A stretch of 64,000 nt of DNA. Source: Eledone cirrhosa (Eukaryota). This document shows, one piece after another, positions 52,501 through 64,000 of this stretch. Numbering within the stretch: the stretch's first letter is position 1; each line of letters opens with the position of its first letter. Location of the stretch: assembly GCA_964016885.1 (NCBI GenBank), contig OZ024740.1, positions 87,296,001-87,360,000 on the forward strand, in the 5' to 3' direction. The position numbers and the translations under genes were made by a program. Below the pieces are notes generated by a model, which saw only the letters and a program-made list of their open reading frames with translations, had not been told where the DNA came from and searched no databases.

Positions 52501-53772
52501 TCTTCCCCAACAAAAACTAGAATTCTTTTCACACCCATGTATTTCATACATCGACCTATATAGATTTCTCAACTCAACATTAACTACATCAATCTCTCCA
52601 GTATGAAGAGACATGTGAAAATTATGATACACTATATATCATTCACTGACTGAGTAATAGAAAGAAGGCAAGATTTAAATACAAGATCACTGAAGTACAT
52701 AATGTGGTACATTAAAATATAAAATCTCTACCTCTGCTCTAATGACTTTGGAATTAATAAAATGTAATGAATGAAAAGCAATGTGGATGGATTGCATTTG
52801 AAATAATTATCAAACATAACATTTATGCTTGTTATCAAAACAAAAGATATCAATATATTTATTCAATAATATTTAAGCTCTCATCCTAACAAATAAATAC
52901 ATATACATCTAATTCTATTTACATAAAGTTCAACTTAGAATATTTTGTTCCACATTTTCTTCCAATACGTTTCTGATTCTACATTTAAATGTAGTGTGTG
53001 CAAGTAGTTTGTGTGTATAGAATTTGTTACACATAATTTTCTAGGTAGCAATCACTGAAGCAGAGAAATCTAGAAGACTACAATACCTTCTGTGCCACAA
53101 TTTATTTTGGCTTACACACAAAGATAACCTCCAATGACATTTCCAGCAACTTTTAGTACTCCAGCTGTACTCGTTAAAATAAAGATAGCTGTCACTTCCA
53201 CACTTATCTCCAGAATAAGATTTCATAAAGGTAATTTTCATAATATTGATTTTAAATGGTATAAAAACAATTTTCAAAGGATATATGAAGAATTTATTCA
53301 CACCCAGTATCATTGAAAATGACAGAACAAAATTGAACAAAATTATTGTTTACTATAGGTCAACATTAGCTCTTTTCATAAAAAAAAAAAAAAGGATACT
53401 AAAAGAGAGGAAAACAATTATTTTCAAAGTTTAAGAATTGTACATTTATTCTACTTTATACTTTACTAGAAACCAACAATTACAATATTGAAGTTATCAA
53501 TGACCCTTAGTTTAATTATAGGAAGTATGAAACAAAGTGTCAATTTAATTTCTGTTTTAATCTATGTAGATACAGATGTATGGTTAAGAAGTTAAATTTA
53601 CAACAATGAGGTTGTGGGTTTGATCCTACTTTGTGAGTGAATTTTGTAGATGGATTTTGTACACAAGTGTGTGCGTGTGTATGTATATATGGGTGTGTGT
53701 GTGTGGAAAGGATTTGTGAATTTATATATATATAGAGAGAGAGAAAGATAGATGTAGATATATATATTCCAG

Positions 53773-53917
53773 CAGAAGTTGGAAATAAATGAGGCAAGCA
53801 TGATGTACAATGTTTATGGAAATGACAGAACACATATGGATTGAGAGAAAACTGAACATAAGAGGAATTAGATGCAATGTGCAACAGAGAAGCCTAAGCT
53901 GTCACAGACATGTGATA
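53773..53917 (+). mobile_element. Short RTE coding remnant
   Basis: KLEINEASM..LREKLNIRGIRCNVQQRSL..HV. Confidence 0.75.
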
Positions 53918-56900
53918 TTTGTGTATTTCTTCCAATGACATCTGTTAAGTGCCTTCCCTCCCCAACTATAGCAAGAGTTTGGCTACCTTCATCTGCATTA
54001 GCAATCAGATTATCATTACTCAAACTATATTTGCATTAGCAGTCATCAGCATTGCCTAAAGATTAGCTGGACTGTATTGCCTTAGAGCATTTCAATACAT
54101 AAAGTATCCCAAATGAATATTTTGTAGTCATCAGGAATTGCAATTAGAAAAGGTCACTCAACAGTTTATCAAGTATTATAGATTTAAATATTGACCACAA
54201 CATCACTCAATAAATCACAATATTCTATACATATCCATCAACTTTGTGATAAAACATTCAACTAAATGAAAATATTGGTCCATAACAGACAAGTAGTTCC
54301 GTTGAAAGCAAAATAACATAATTTGATAAAAACTATTACTAATGGATATTTCAAAAATATCCATCACAAACTAATGGAAGATTGCACAGCAACACCTGTG
54401 AATTGTACAATTTTGAGATTATATACAAAATAAAAATTATTCAAGTACTTTATTCTAATTGCATAACAACTAACCAGATGAGATTGGCAGTCTTTTAAAA
54501 ACATGGATCATTTAAGGAGTAAAGTAGTAGGCTTTTATGATCGGTGTGAACTACAACATATATTTAGGTTACCATACTGGAAAATAGTATTTTTATTTCC
54601 TGTATGGGAAGTTCTCTCTTGGTTGAATTTAGAAATTGAAGAAATTATTATTCAACTATTGCTTTTTGAAAGTCAGAGCCAACATAAAAAGGTAAAGAAA
54701 GAGATAAGCGCTTTATGTTTGTGAATATATATGTGTGTATCTGTATGAGTGTGTGAATGTACATGCATGTAGATATAAAGATATATTCATTTATACGCAT
54801 AGAAGATGCAGTGTAGTAACAACAGAGACATGTCTCAATAGAAATAACAAACTATTGATCAATTTAAAATAAAGGAAGGCTTATAGAACAAGAAACTGTT
54901 AAAACAGAAAAATAAAGTGATGAAATACAATTCTTATATTTAAGAAGTCTATCAATCTCTAAGGATGTAATTACTATTAGAGCAACAGATGCTCATATCT
55001 TGAGGTTTAGTTTCTGAAATTACTACTGATAGCAATAAAAATCAAATTTTACATAATAATCAGATTAACAAACCTAATACTATTACCAATGTTTCAACTA
55101 AATACATTTTCTTTGAAATATAATACTATCTCATAATTATGTATTTATTTTATCTATATTTACACAATTTGTAAATGAATGAAAATATATTCATTAGACC
55201 ATACCAGCATGGAAAAAAAAGATGTAAAAACAAGGATTATGGCAATGATTATGATGATGGCGATGAAAACGTCACAAAAAAAGCAATTTAAACTACAAAT
55301 TTATAAAGAATGAGAAATTGATTTTTGTGTCTTTGCCAAAGATTTTTCTGATATAGTACAAGGTGTTTAACTGTTAAATTATTGGTTTTATATACTAACG
55401 TGATATTATGCCTATAAAATCACTATTATGATGCTATTTAATTGTTGCAGGTTTCCAAATAAGAATTTCACAAATTCACAACTATATTTTAAATGAGTAA
55501 ACTATGTTTCCGTAAATTCTCAGCGTAACAGATATTGACAGTGTATACTAAAACATTTTGTAACCTTATCCATTGATTATTGGTGTTATTATTTAACCAC
55601 ATGTCAACTCTCATCATGTATGCCTATGCTCAAAGACATCCCACCTGTGACAAACCCACTTTTTAGAATTATGTAGGATACATTACCTAATATGATGTTT
55701 CCTGAATTAACTTGTTAGGAGCAGTTTTGAGAGAGATTTGACTGCTATCTTTTGCAGGACAGATCATGTGAAGGTTCTTTCATTGGATTATTATATTTGT
55801 ATAGTATGCTGCTGTTAACCAACTTAAATTTTGTGATCTTATTCATGTTATGAGGTTTTCATCAAGATTTTAATTTAAATCAAAACACTTTGTTATAAGT
55901 GATCTCAAAAGTTGCTATTAAAAGGGTTAATTAAAGGAAATTAAATCTGTTATGGATTTAGTTTTGTGTGTGAAATGTTCTATAATGTACATTTACATCT
56001 AATTAACTTTGAAAGATATGTTGTTGTTTATCCCCAGAACAGTACTAATTTCACAGAACTATGATCAAAGGTATTACAGTTCAAACCATCCTGTCTTTTT
56101 ATCTATCAGAGACAATGTTATCCAATCTATCCACTGATTTGACTAGAATTTAGTTGCTATTTCTAGCAAGTTGAGCAAAGGCATATTGGTCACTTGATGC
56201 TTCATCTATGAATCCCCCCCCTCCTACTTTTATGCTATACAACTGATGGTTATATATATTTTCATACCTCTCTACAACTAAAAAACCAGAAAAAATAAAC
56301 AATTTGTTAATGATCTGAATCAGTAATAACCATATGCCTTCAGATGTTGTGCATAGAAGTTTAAAATTAACTTTTAATTATTTACTGTACTTTTACTTTT
56401 AATAGTGAATAATGCAGTCAACTTAATCTTCCAATTAGATTTATATCAAGTGTTGAAATGTTTAGGGATTAAATAATTTTGATAAAACTATCTCTTTTAC
56501 TATACCACTTTATTTATATTTCATCCTAACCAGCCACCTATATTCCACAATTGTAGCTGCATAGATTAAAACATTGGAACTATTTAACTGGAAGCAGCTG
56601 TCTGTCACTTTCTTTTCTTTTTCCATCCCAAGCACATTCTCTTATATGCATTCATTACATCTGTATCATGCTGGATGAGCAATAGCTATTATCTTATCAG
56701 ATAATGTCAAATATTATGTGGAAGGGAGAAAACAAATAAAGATTTCCAACAAAAAAATGAATAAACATATAAAATGTTTTCCATTCTGTTCTGTCAACAC
56801 ACACACACAAACTGAATTATTTTTAACCACAATAAAACAAAAAGAATGAAAATGAAAGAAAAATCTATGAATAAAGTTGAAAATTAATTATTAAAAAAAA

Positions 56901-57134
56901 TTGGAATCTATAAACTAATGGTTTGTAATTAATTGCAATGAAACAGAAGAACTACTTCAATAATGGGAAACAGACATTTCACACACCGGAAATGTTGAAA
57001 TCACTATGAAAACGGTGCCATCTCTATTAATTATCACACAGCAACATCCACTTTTACTTCTGACCTCACTGAAGGCAGATTTCCAGAAGAGGTTTTAACA
57101 AATATAAAGCATTTTCATTATTATATGCAGAAGG

Positions 57135-57318
57135 GCGGTGGATTGGCAATATCGGTAGAGGGTCAGGCGCCATGCTTTCTAGCATAGTTACATCCCTTTA
57201 CGATCTGAGTTCAAATCCCGCCGAGGTTGACTTTGCCTTTCATCCTTACGGGGTCGATAAAATAAAGTACCAGTAATTTTCTGGGTAATTTGCTGGCCTT
57301 GTGCCTAAAGTAGAAACA
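57135..57318 (+). mobile_element. Full-length SINE family A with 18-bp TSD
   Basis: TSD attattatatgcagaagg at 57117-57134 and 57319-57336 (partly overlapping the element termini). Confidence 0.96.
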
Positions 57319-59342
57319 ATTATTATATGCAGAAGGCATTTCACTACTATAACATTTGGTCATGATATAATTGAAATAAAAATCAAATGTTTGCATGCAT
57401 TTTTATCAACACACAGATTGAAATAGCTATTTGGACCTCAAGATATGAAAAGAAGAAACAGAGCAATGTTCCTTTCTAGGCTGTGCATGTTTGGTGACTG
57501 CACAGTCACGGTATTGGTGTCACACGCATCAAAATGTTGCTACTCAGTAGCTTTGAAATGTTGTCATGTTGCAGATTTGAATTGAAAATATTTTTGCTTT
57601 AGGTAATATAAGTTCTGCTCAGCGGTTGAGAATTAGAGAGAATGATGACAGTATTGAGGATCTAATTTTCCATTTTCCTATCTGATCCTCATATCATTCG
57701 GCATGTTATCTAAGAATGCTATTCCCCTTTGCCATCATATTTGTAATTAATTTTTAAAGCATATTCTATTATTTTCTCAGTTATTTTTCTAAAATAAAAC
57801 CTTATCAGATCTTGTTAATGACTATCCCAATTTAAGTGATATAGAAAAAGACTAAAATTAAGAAACTAAGCATGTACAAATTGATAAAAAAAAAAAGGAC
57901 AAAAACTCATGCAGGATTTTGATAACTCAAAAAGACAAGGTGTACAAAAACAATTAAGCTTTTTTTATTCTTTTATTTTAAAATGAAATCAGTATAATCT
58001 AGTATATGTTGTATGATACTACCTTCCACCATTATAGTTTCTTCAAAAATATGTTTACATGTGAAGGGAGACAGTACAATTTGGAGTGGGTTGATGCCTC
58101 ATGTAGGAAGTTCATACCATGCAAAATATAAGCAAGATTAGGACACATAGTACAAGAGTAAACACTTTATTCAATATGAAATTCTACCCCCAAATTTCCA
58201 AATACATTCAAACTAGATAAACCTAAACATTTTTATATGCTGATGATCATACTCTCATTCCAGAAACTGTAGAAAAACTGGTGAACATGACAGAGGCTAA
58301 TGGAATTAGTCTATAACTGAAAATAACAAAATCCAGTAGCATAAAGAATGAAGGCAAAGTTGGCATTAGCGGGATTTGAACTAAGAGAGCAGAGAGCCAG
58401 AATGGATACTGCAAAGTACGCTATCCAACATTCTAATGACTGTCAATTTAGCAATCAATAAAAAATGTAATCTAGTACTGGAGTGAAGTATTCCTCTATA
58501 TCTGTTTCTCACTCACTATCCTTCTCTGGAAGAAATCTGCTCTACTCAGGCCTGGAGAGGGGATGGGCTCGATCGGGTTTTTAAATGTCCTAAGAAATGC
58601 TGTAAGTCAATATGACACCCCTACGACTCTGTCAGGAGTTATGGGTCCATGCCACTATAAAGGAAGAAGCCATACCCTGTATGTAAAAAGAGCATTGGAA
58701 AGATTTCAGTATTAGATGTTCAGTGAATGCAGTGGGTCGATAAACGGTAGAGGAATATTTACATGCAGCATTAACCCACGAATATTAAGCTGCAGCTATA
58801 TTCAAGAAATGAGGTCTATGGTTACACACACATCTCCCTAGAAGGTATACAGAAGTTCAGCTACATAGGTAAAGGTGTTTGTTGTAAATGTATTGTAGAT
58901 AAAGTATCTGTTACTTTTGTTGGCACCAGAAAAAAGCAAAACATCTGCAGTAGCTAAATGATGGATTGTATATCAGTTTTAATTATGAGTATCCAGTTAC
59001 TTAATTAGACTGTTTAAATTAACATGTAAGTAGGTGTGTATTCCTCAAACATGTGTACCATTAATGTAATTTCCAAATTAAATCATCTTGACAATATGTG
59101 ACAAGACTGAACCCCTCAATCCAGGTGCAATCCATTCGATAGACATCCACATAGTTCTGTCTACCAAATTTAGATCAACGGACAATAATGAAATTAATGT
59201 AATAATTGCATACATACCTATCCTACATATATTATAATGCTCTGTAGTTTCCATATCAAATAAAGTACTTATTGGAGTATATAGCATTCGCATTAATTTT
59301 CAAACGTCATGCTTATCTGTTCGCATTATTTTAACTTTGCCT

Positions 59343-59568
59343 AAGGCGGTGGATTGGCAGTATCGGTAGCGGGTCAGATGCCATGCTTTGACGCATAGAG
59401 TTACGGCCCTTGTCATTCTGAGTTCAAATCCCGCCGAGGTTAACTTTGCCTTTCATCCTTACGGAGTCGATAAAATAAAGTACCAGTAATGCACTGGGTA
59501 ATTGCTGGCCTTGTGCCAAAAGTAGAAACAATTATTTTGAGTTAAGGGCGATGGATTGGCAGTATCGG
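59343..59568 (+). mobile_element. SINE family A copy plus a second 5' head fragment
   Basis: Full unit 59343-59536, then agggcgatggattggcagtatcggt abutting the piggyBac fragment. Confidence 0.92.
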
Positions 59569-60118
59569 TGTTTGTGGTAAAAACAAAAATAAATAATCTA
59601 GTGCTTTAGCATCGGGAGCTAATGTGTGTTGTGGACCAGTAATTTGAATAAAATCGGGAACATATATTAGTGTGGTATTTTTCAATGGCGTCCTGGAGAC
59701 CTCCTTCATTTTCACTTTCAAAACAATCATTGTCGGACGAAATTTCAGATTCATTTGAAGATAAATCACTAATATTATCGTTTGTTTCTTGTTTATTCTG
59801 AATGTCGTCGTGTGTAAAACCTTCAAAGTCAGTATCGCTACTTTCATAAGCCATGTTGATACAAAAAAAAAATTTGTTGCACTTTCAAAGTTAAAAAAAC
59901 ATTTGTTGTTTTAAGTTGTTTCACTATATTATTAAGTGTTAATTTTCACCGTAAGAGCCTAATCTCACAGCAGTCTTGAATTGACGAGATTTTGATGATG
60001 GTTTATTTATTTTTAGAACAATTTTTCAGTGTGGGTGTTTTCGGGCGTTTTCAGGTGGTTTGAACAAATGAAGGGGAAATAATTTTGGGCAATTTCGGGT
60101 GGTTTTAACACTAAAGGG
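59569..60118 (-). mobile_element. piggyBac transposon 5' fragment (left terminus and transposase N-terminus, frameshifted)
   Basis: ttaa|ccctttagtg terminus; acidic MAYESSDTDFEGF..SDLSS.ESEISSD, then PDFIQITGPQH..ALDYLFLF (piggyBac F..GP...DYF.LF motif). Confidence 0.82.
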
Positions 60119-60347
60119 TTAAAAGAAAAGAATTTTCTTTTATCTAAAAGATACTTTTCCAGGATATTAAACAGTAGGATTGAACTACTTAAGATATAAG
60201 TAAACCAAGTATTGAATGTTCAATTTGCAATATTAATATACAAAAAAATGACTCCGCACAAATGAAGTAAAAATATAAGAATTCAGTGGGATTAACAAAT
60301 GTGGAGGAGTGTGGCAGGTGTGTAGAGATAAGAGTGTAATGTGAATG

Positions 60348-60610
60348 GAAGGTGGCCTAGTGGCTAAGGTGCTGGGCTCATAATCCGAAACTCCTGGGTT
60401 TCATTCTTAGAGGAAACAGTGTATTGTGTCCTTGACCAAGTTGCTTCATTTTACATTGGTCCAGTCTTCTCAGCTGGAAACAAATGAGTACCAGTGGCAG
60501 TTGAGGGCTAACTCTGCAATGAACAGGCATCACATTCAGGATGAGTCTGGTATTCTTGGTCGTTAATGAAGCCAGTAGTTGTGGCATGACGAGCCTCTAG
60601 GCTTAGCACT
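60348..60610 (+). mobile_element. Degenerate SINE (family B-like head)
   Basis: ggcctagtggctaaggtg..gggtttcattc..tgtgtccttgaccaag..cagctggaaacaaatgagtacc. Confidence 0.7.
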
Positions 60611-61097
60611 AGATGGTGAGTGGTAGAGAATACTTCCCCACTCCACCACAGTAAATAGGTTGGATGTATAGTAAAAAATAAAGAAACCAGACAAGAAATT
60701 TGTAGAAGTATGTGTTAAGATTGCAGAATTGACAAATGCACACCACATAGAATAGCAGACATTAAAACAAAAATGTAATAAGTAAATATACACACCTACA
60801 CTATATGCATTGATATGCTTTGAAGTTTTTATATTAGTTAATGGAGTTTAATATGTGAATAGAAAAAAATATTAATTGTCTATTTACTCCTTGCACTTTC
60901 CACTTTGAGAAATATAAAATTTTAATTAGTGAAACACACTCTACAATTAAATATCATGAACAGAAAATTGAAGCCAATTTAAAAATCTTTTTGAAAATTA
61001 TAAAGAAGCTGTTTTCTTCCGTTTTTAATTTCTCCAATAATTCTCAATGAGTCAGCAGACATATGCAACAAGGTAGACTATTCATAAACTGGTGACA

Positions 61098-61309
61098 AGA
61101 GTAGACAGTCGACTTTAAAATCACTTATTTTATTATTATATCTGATATTAAGATTCAGTTACTACACACACACATATTTAGCACAGTTCTATATACATCC
61201 ACAGATGAGTAGAGTAGACAGTCGACTTTGAAATCATTTCACTATTATATCTGATATTAAAATTCATTTACTACATACACATATTTAGCACAATCCTGTA
61301 TACATCCAC
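61098..61309. repeat. Tandem duplication, ~110-bp unit
   Basis: agagtagacagtcgacttt...tatatctgatattaa...catatttagcaca...tacatccac occurs twice. Confidence 0.93.
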
Positions 61310-62549
61310 GTGGTTTTTCAGCAGATGTTTTTATTGCTAGGTAGTGTTCTTAGAACAAGCTGAACATACTTTGAAATGGAAGCTAGTATCTCTTTCAATG
61401 ATATATAACCTGAAACAAGTAGAGTAAAAGTCTTTCCTCAAGGACTTGTGATGTTTATAAAAGTCTTTGAATCTGTAACCCATGGGCCATATTTTAATAG
61501 AAATCACAACTACACTATTTGCAGTAAGAGTGATGATATTGATAATGAAATAACTTCCAGCTTACATATTTCCTTTTTAGTATTGAAATAATTATTGATA
61601 AAAATTAGATCAATAGATCAGATGTAGATTTCCAGACTACTGAAGGCTTTGAGTATCTAAAATAATCTATTTTCATGGAGAATTAATTGACAAAACCTCA
61701 ACAGCCGACATACTCTATCACAGAATAATATTACTGTTGTTATTGGTACTGTTGCTGTTATTACCAGTGTTGCTATTAAGTCAGTTAGATCGATATACAT
61801 TTAGGAAGAGTTCTATTACTTGGCTCCAAAGAGTCAGTCTCTGCAGTAAATATGAATCAGCTAAGTGCGTTCACTTGAAAAGATTCACTGTGAAACTTAC
61901 TACATTTCTGATGTAAATATATCAGAACAGAGAGATATATTCAGTAACTATTGTATACAGTTAGATCAGTACGTGAGGGGATGAAAGATCAATAAACAAT
62001 TTACAAGACAGTATCCAAGTAAAAATGAAAATACAAATAACAATTACTTTGTTCGACTCAAAAATACCTGTAATCTACCTGTAATCTAATATATAAATAA
62101 TATGTAGTATGCTACAAGGAATACAGACGAACTGACTGAATTGAATCAATACGAAAATCATGGATTTATTGGAATTTCACGATAGTTGGTGGTGATAAAG
62201 ATAAAATCTAAGAACTGGTAGCTTCTTCTTAAACTTGCTAGGAGCTTTATTGAGAAACCATATAGAATGACAAGTGGCATACACTTTACTAATATGATAT
62301 AGCTTATTGCTACTGAGTACATTTTAACACACAAACACTAACCTCAAAATGAAAGAGATAATAACAATAAAAGAAAACCTAAAAGAGAAAATAATAATTT
62401 GAGGATATTATCATGTATTACAAAAAATAAGTAAAACTATCAGTATCTAATAGAAGATGTTTTTTTTACAAACTGCTTTAAAAACAATAAGAATTAATAA
62501 CCTGTTATGATTCAAACTACACATTAAACTGCTCTATCATTAGTCTACT

Positions 62550-62828
62550 GTATCTCCTCCAGAGGCAAACTAAATAAAAGGAAAAGGACATAAAACCAAT
62601 ATCCTTCTGAAAACTGAAATTTCAAGGTGAGAAATATTCTTTCACAACCAGATGGCCATGGCCATGCTGAGATAGAATCTATGAAAAAATATATTCTCTT
62701 AGATTCTATCTCAGCATGGCCAAAGCCACCTGGCTGTAAAAGAATCTTTCTCATTTTGTAATTTCAGTTTTCAGAAGCCTTTATGTATTTCATTTTCATT
62801 TTATTTAGTTTACTTCTGGAAGAGATAC
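62550..62828 (-). ncRNA. Long imperfect hairpin (candidate hpRNA, miRNA precursor or ADAR substrate)
   Basis: 23-bp perfect core (62659-62681 with 62700-62722) extended to ~130-140 bp per arm. The inverted repeat is certain; the RNA function and strand are inferred. Confidence 0.45.
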
Positions 62829-63116
62829 TATAATGATAAAGACAGTGCAGTTTATTAACTCTGAATGTCCTGTACCACAAGAAACCACAGTAGCAAAACA
62901 TTCTTGAAAAGTAGAAATTTGCACTACGACTACATTACAATATAAAATCTGGTGCACACTCCTTTTTTTTTTCCCCTTCCTCTTTTTAAAAGTAATTAAT
63001 ATGCAAGGGGTTGAGTATATGTGTATATGGGTGACATCTGAGTATATCTTTTCACAAGTAAAGATACTATAAATATTTAAATTTAGAAACAATCTTTTAG
63101 ATATTTTCTGCTAAAC

Positions 63117-63267
63117 CAAGCTTGGGCAACTGTTTTGAGCAGTGGGCTGCACAGGATGTGGCTCATAATACGACAGGCTTCACTACTAAAAGTTTCAAAG
63201 CAATTTTGAAATTAGGCATGCTATTCAAAAGCCTAACAGGCCACATGCTGCACTTTACCTATGACTG
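63117..63267. mobile_element. hAT (Charlie-like) MITE
   Basis: Degenerate TIRs caagcttgggcaa / ttacctatgactg; 8-bp TSD tgctaaac / tgctaaat. Confidence 0.6.
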
Positions 63268-63959
63268 TGCTAAATCATTACAGGAGGTTAAGAGTTAATA
63301 GTTAGGGGAAGAGGAAGAAATGTTCTGTTAGGCAGCAGTTCTATAAAAGGATTCCATGAAATATTTGATGAAGAGCTGGAAGTGAGAAAAAAACAACATT
63401 ATGGAGTCAGTAGGGTGCAAGGAGCCTAGACTATTATTTACAGACACAACAGAAGAAAAAGAGGGAATCCAACCCAAGAGAATAGGGTAAGGAAAATATA
63501 TCTAATTATGCTATCTGTAATGTATATATGAAAGCTGAGTGTAAATAGTTTAGAGAAGCTATAGTAAAGGATTTGCAGCAGTTTAGCTTTGATATGGTTC
63601 CAGGCTCTGAAAAATAAACCCTACATTTGAGATGCAGTTTTGGGAAAATACATATTATTGCATCCCTATGAGAGATTATCAAGTATCATTAGGCGTAGTC
63701 CTAATTGAAAATGTTAAAAAAATATTAAAAAAACATTACTGTTAGATTAAAATATGCCAGCATAAGAGTAACACAAGATATCTTCCCAAACTCATCTTTT
63801 GACGAAAAGATTTTATTCCCAAATATTAAGGACTAATTAAATCCTTCCAAGGTAATATTCCAACTTTGTTATTGTTAATTTTAACATTTAATGTCTTATT
63901 CACATTACTATAGCCTTCTAAAGAAAGAAAAAAACACTTTTCCTTATAATCTTAACATA

Positions 63960-64000
63960 TCTATATTATAAAGCTGAGTGTCGTGTGTATTATGTATGTA
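63960..64000 (+). mobile_element. Probable 5' end of another non-autonomous Helitron (runs off the window)
   Basis: A|TCTATATTATAAAGCTGAG followed by (GTAT)-like repeats. Confidence 0.5.

Noticed and set aside
53116-53225. Transporter-like peptide TAIFILTSTAGVLKVAGNVIGGYLC
   Set aside because: Preceded by an in-frame stop with no convincing acceptor; too short to assign.
57495-57552. Short palindromes gtgactg-ca-cagtcac and gctact-c-agtagc
   Set aside because: Stems of 6-7 bp are expected by chance in 64 kb.
51395-57610. Plus-strand AG|GT motifs (near 51407, 53044, 57602)
   Set aside because: Weaker pyrimidine tracts or donors; they show that such motifs arise by chance in this AT-rich DNA.
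58240-58272. CTGATGA...GAAA hammerhead core (also 14787, 21363, 44909)
   Set aside because: No stem II or flanking helices can be formed.

Overview
This is AT-rich, repeat-dense eukaryotic (animal) DNA, intronic or intergenic, with a 200-N assembly gap. The repeat repertoire (RTE LINEs and SINEs with (ATG)n tails, very long TA/CA microsatellites) resembles an octopus/cephalopod genome, which is my inference. I found no intact host gene, real tRNA/rRNA or CRISPR array, and most ORFs in the track are microsatellite or antisense artefacts. Retroelements: three large decayed RTE copies whose reverse transcriptase carries an inserted C4HC3 PHD-type zinc finger, further RTE, CR1/L2-like, R4/Dong-like and Gypsy-integrase remnants, a Penelope-like GIY-YIG fragment with a downstream degenerate hammerhead-like fold and a flanking inverted duplication, and at least three tRNA-derived SINE families (some with clean 17-19 bp TSDs). 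DNA transposons: a piggyBac 5' fragment with related TTAA MITEs, a hAT MITE and non-autonomous Helitrons. Two long fold-back structures stand out: a head-to-head tRNA-like palindrome at about 15.2-15.5 kb and a ~140-bp-stem hairpin at about 62.55-62.83 kb with no repeat origin I recognise. A few splice-site-bounded segments hint at a long spliced transcript but cannot be joined into a protein. All alignments were made by eye, and boundaries of degenerate elements are approximate.
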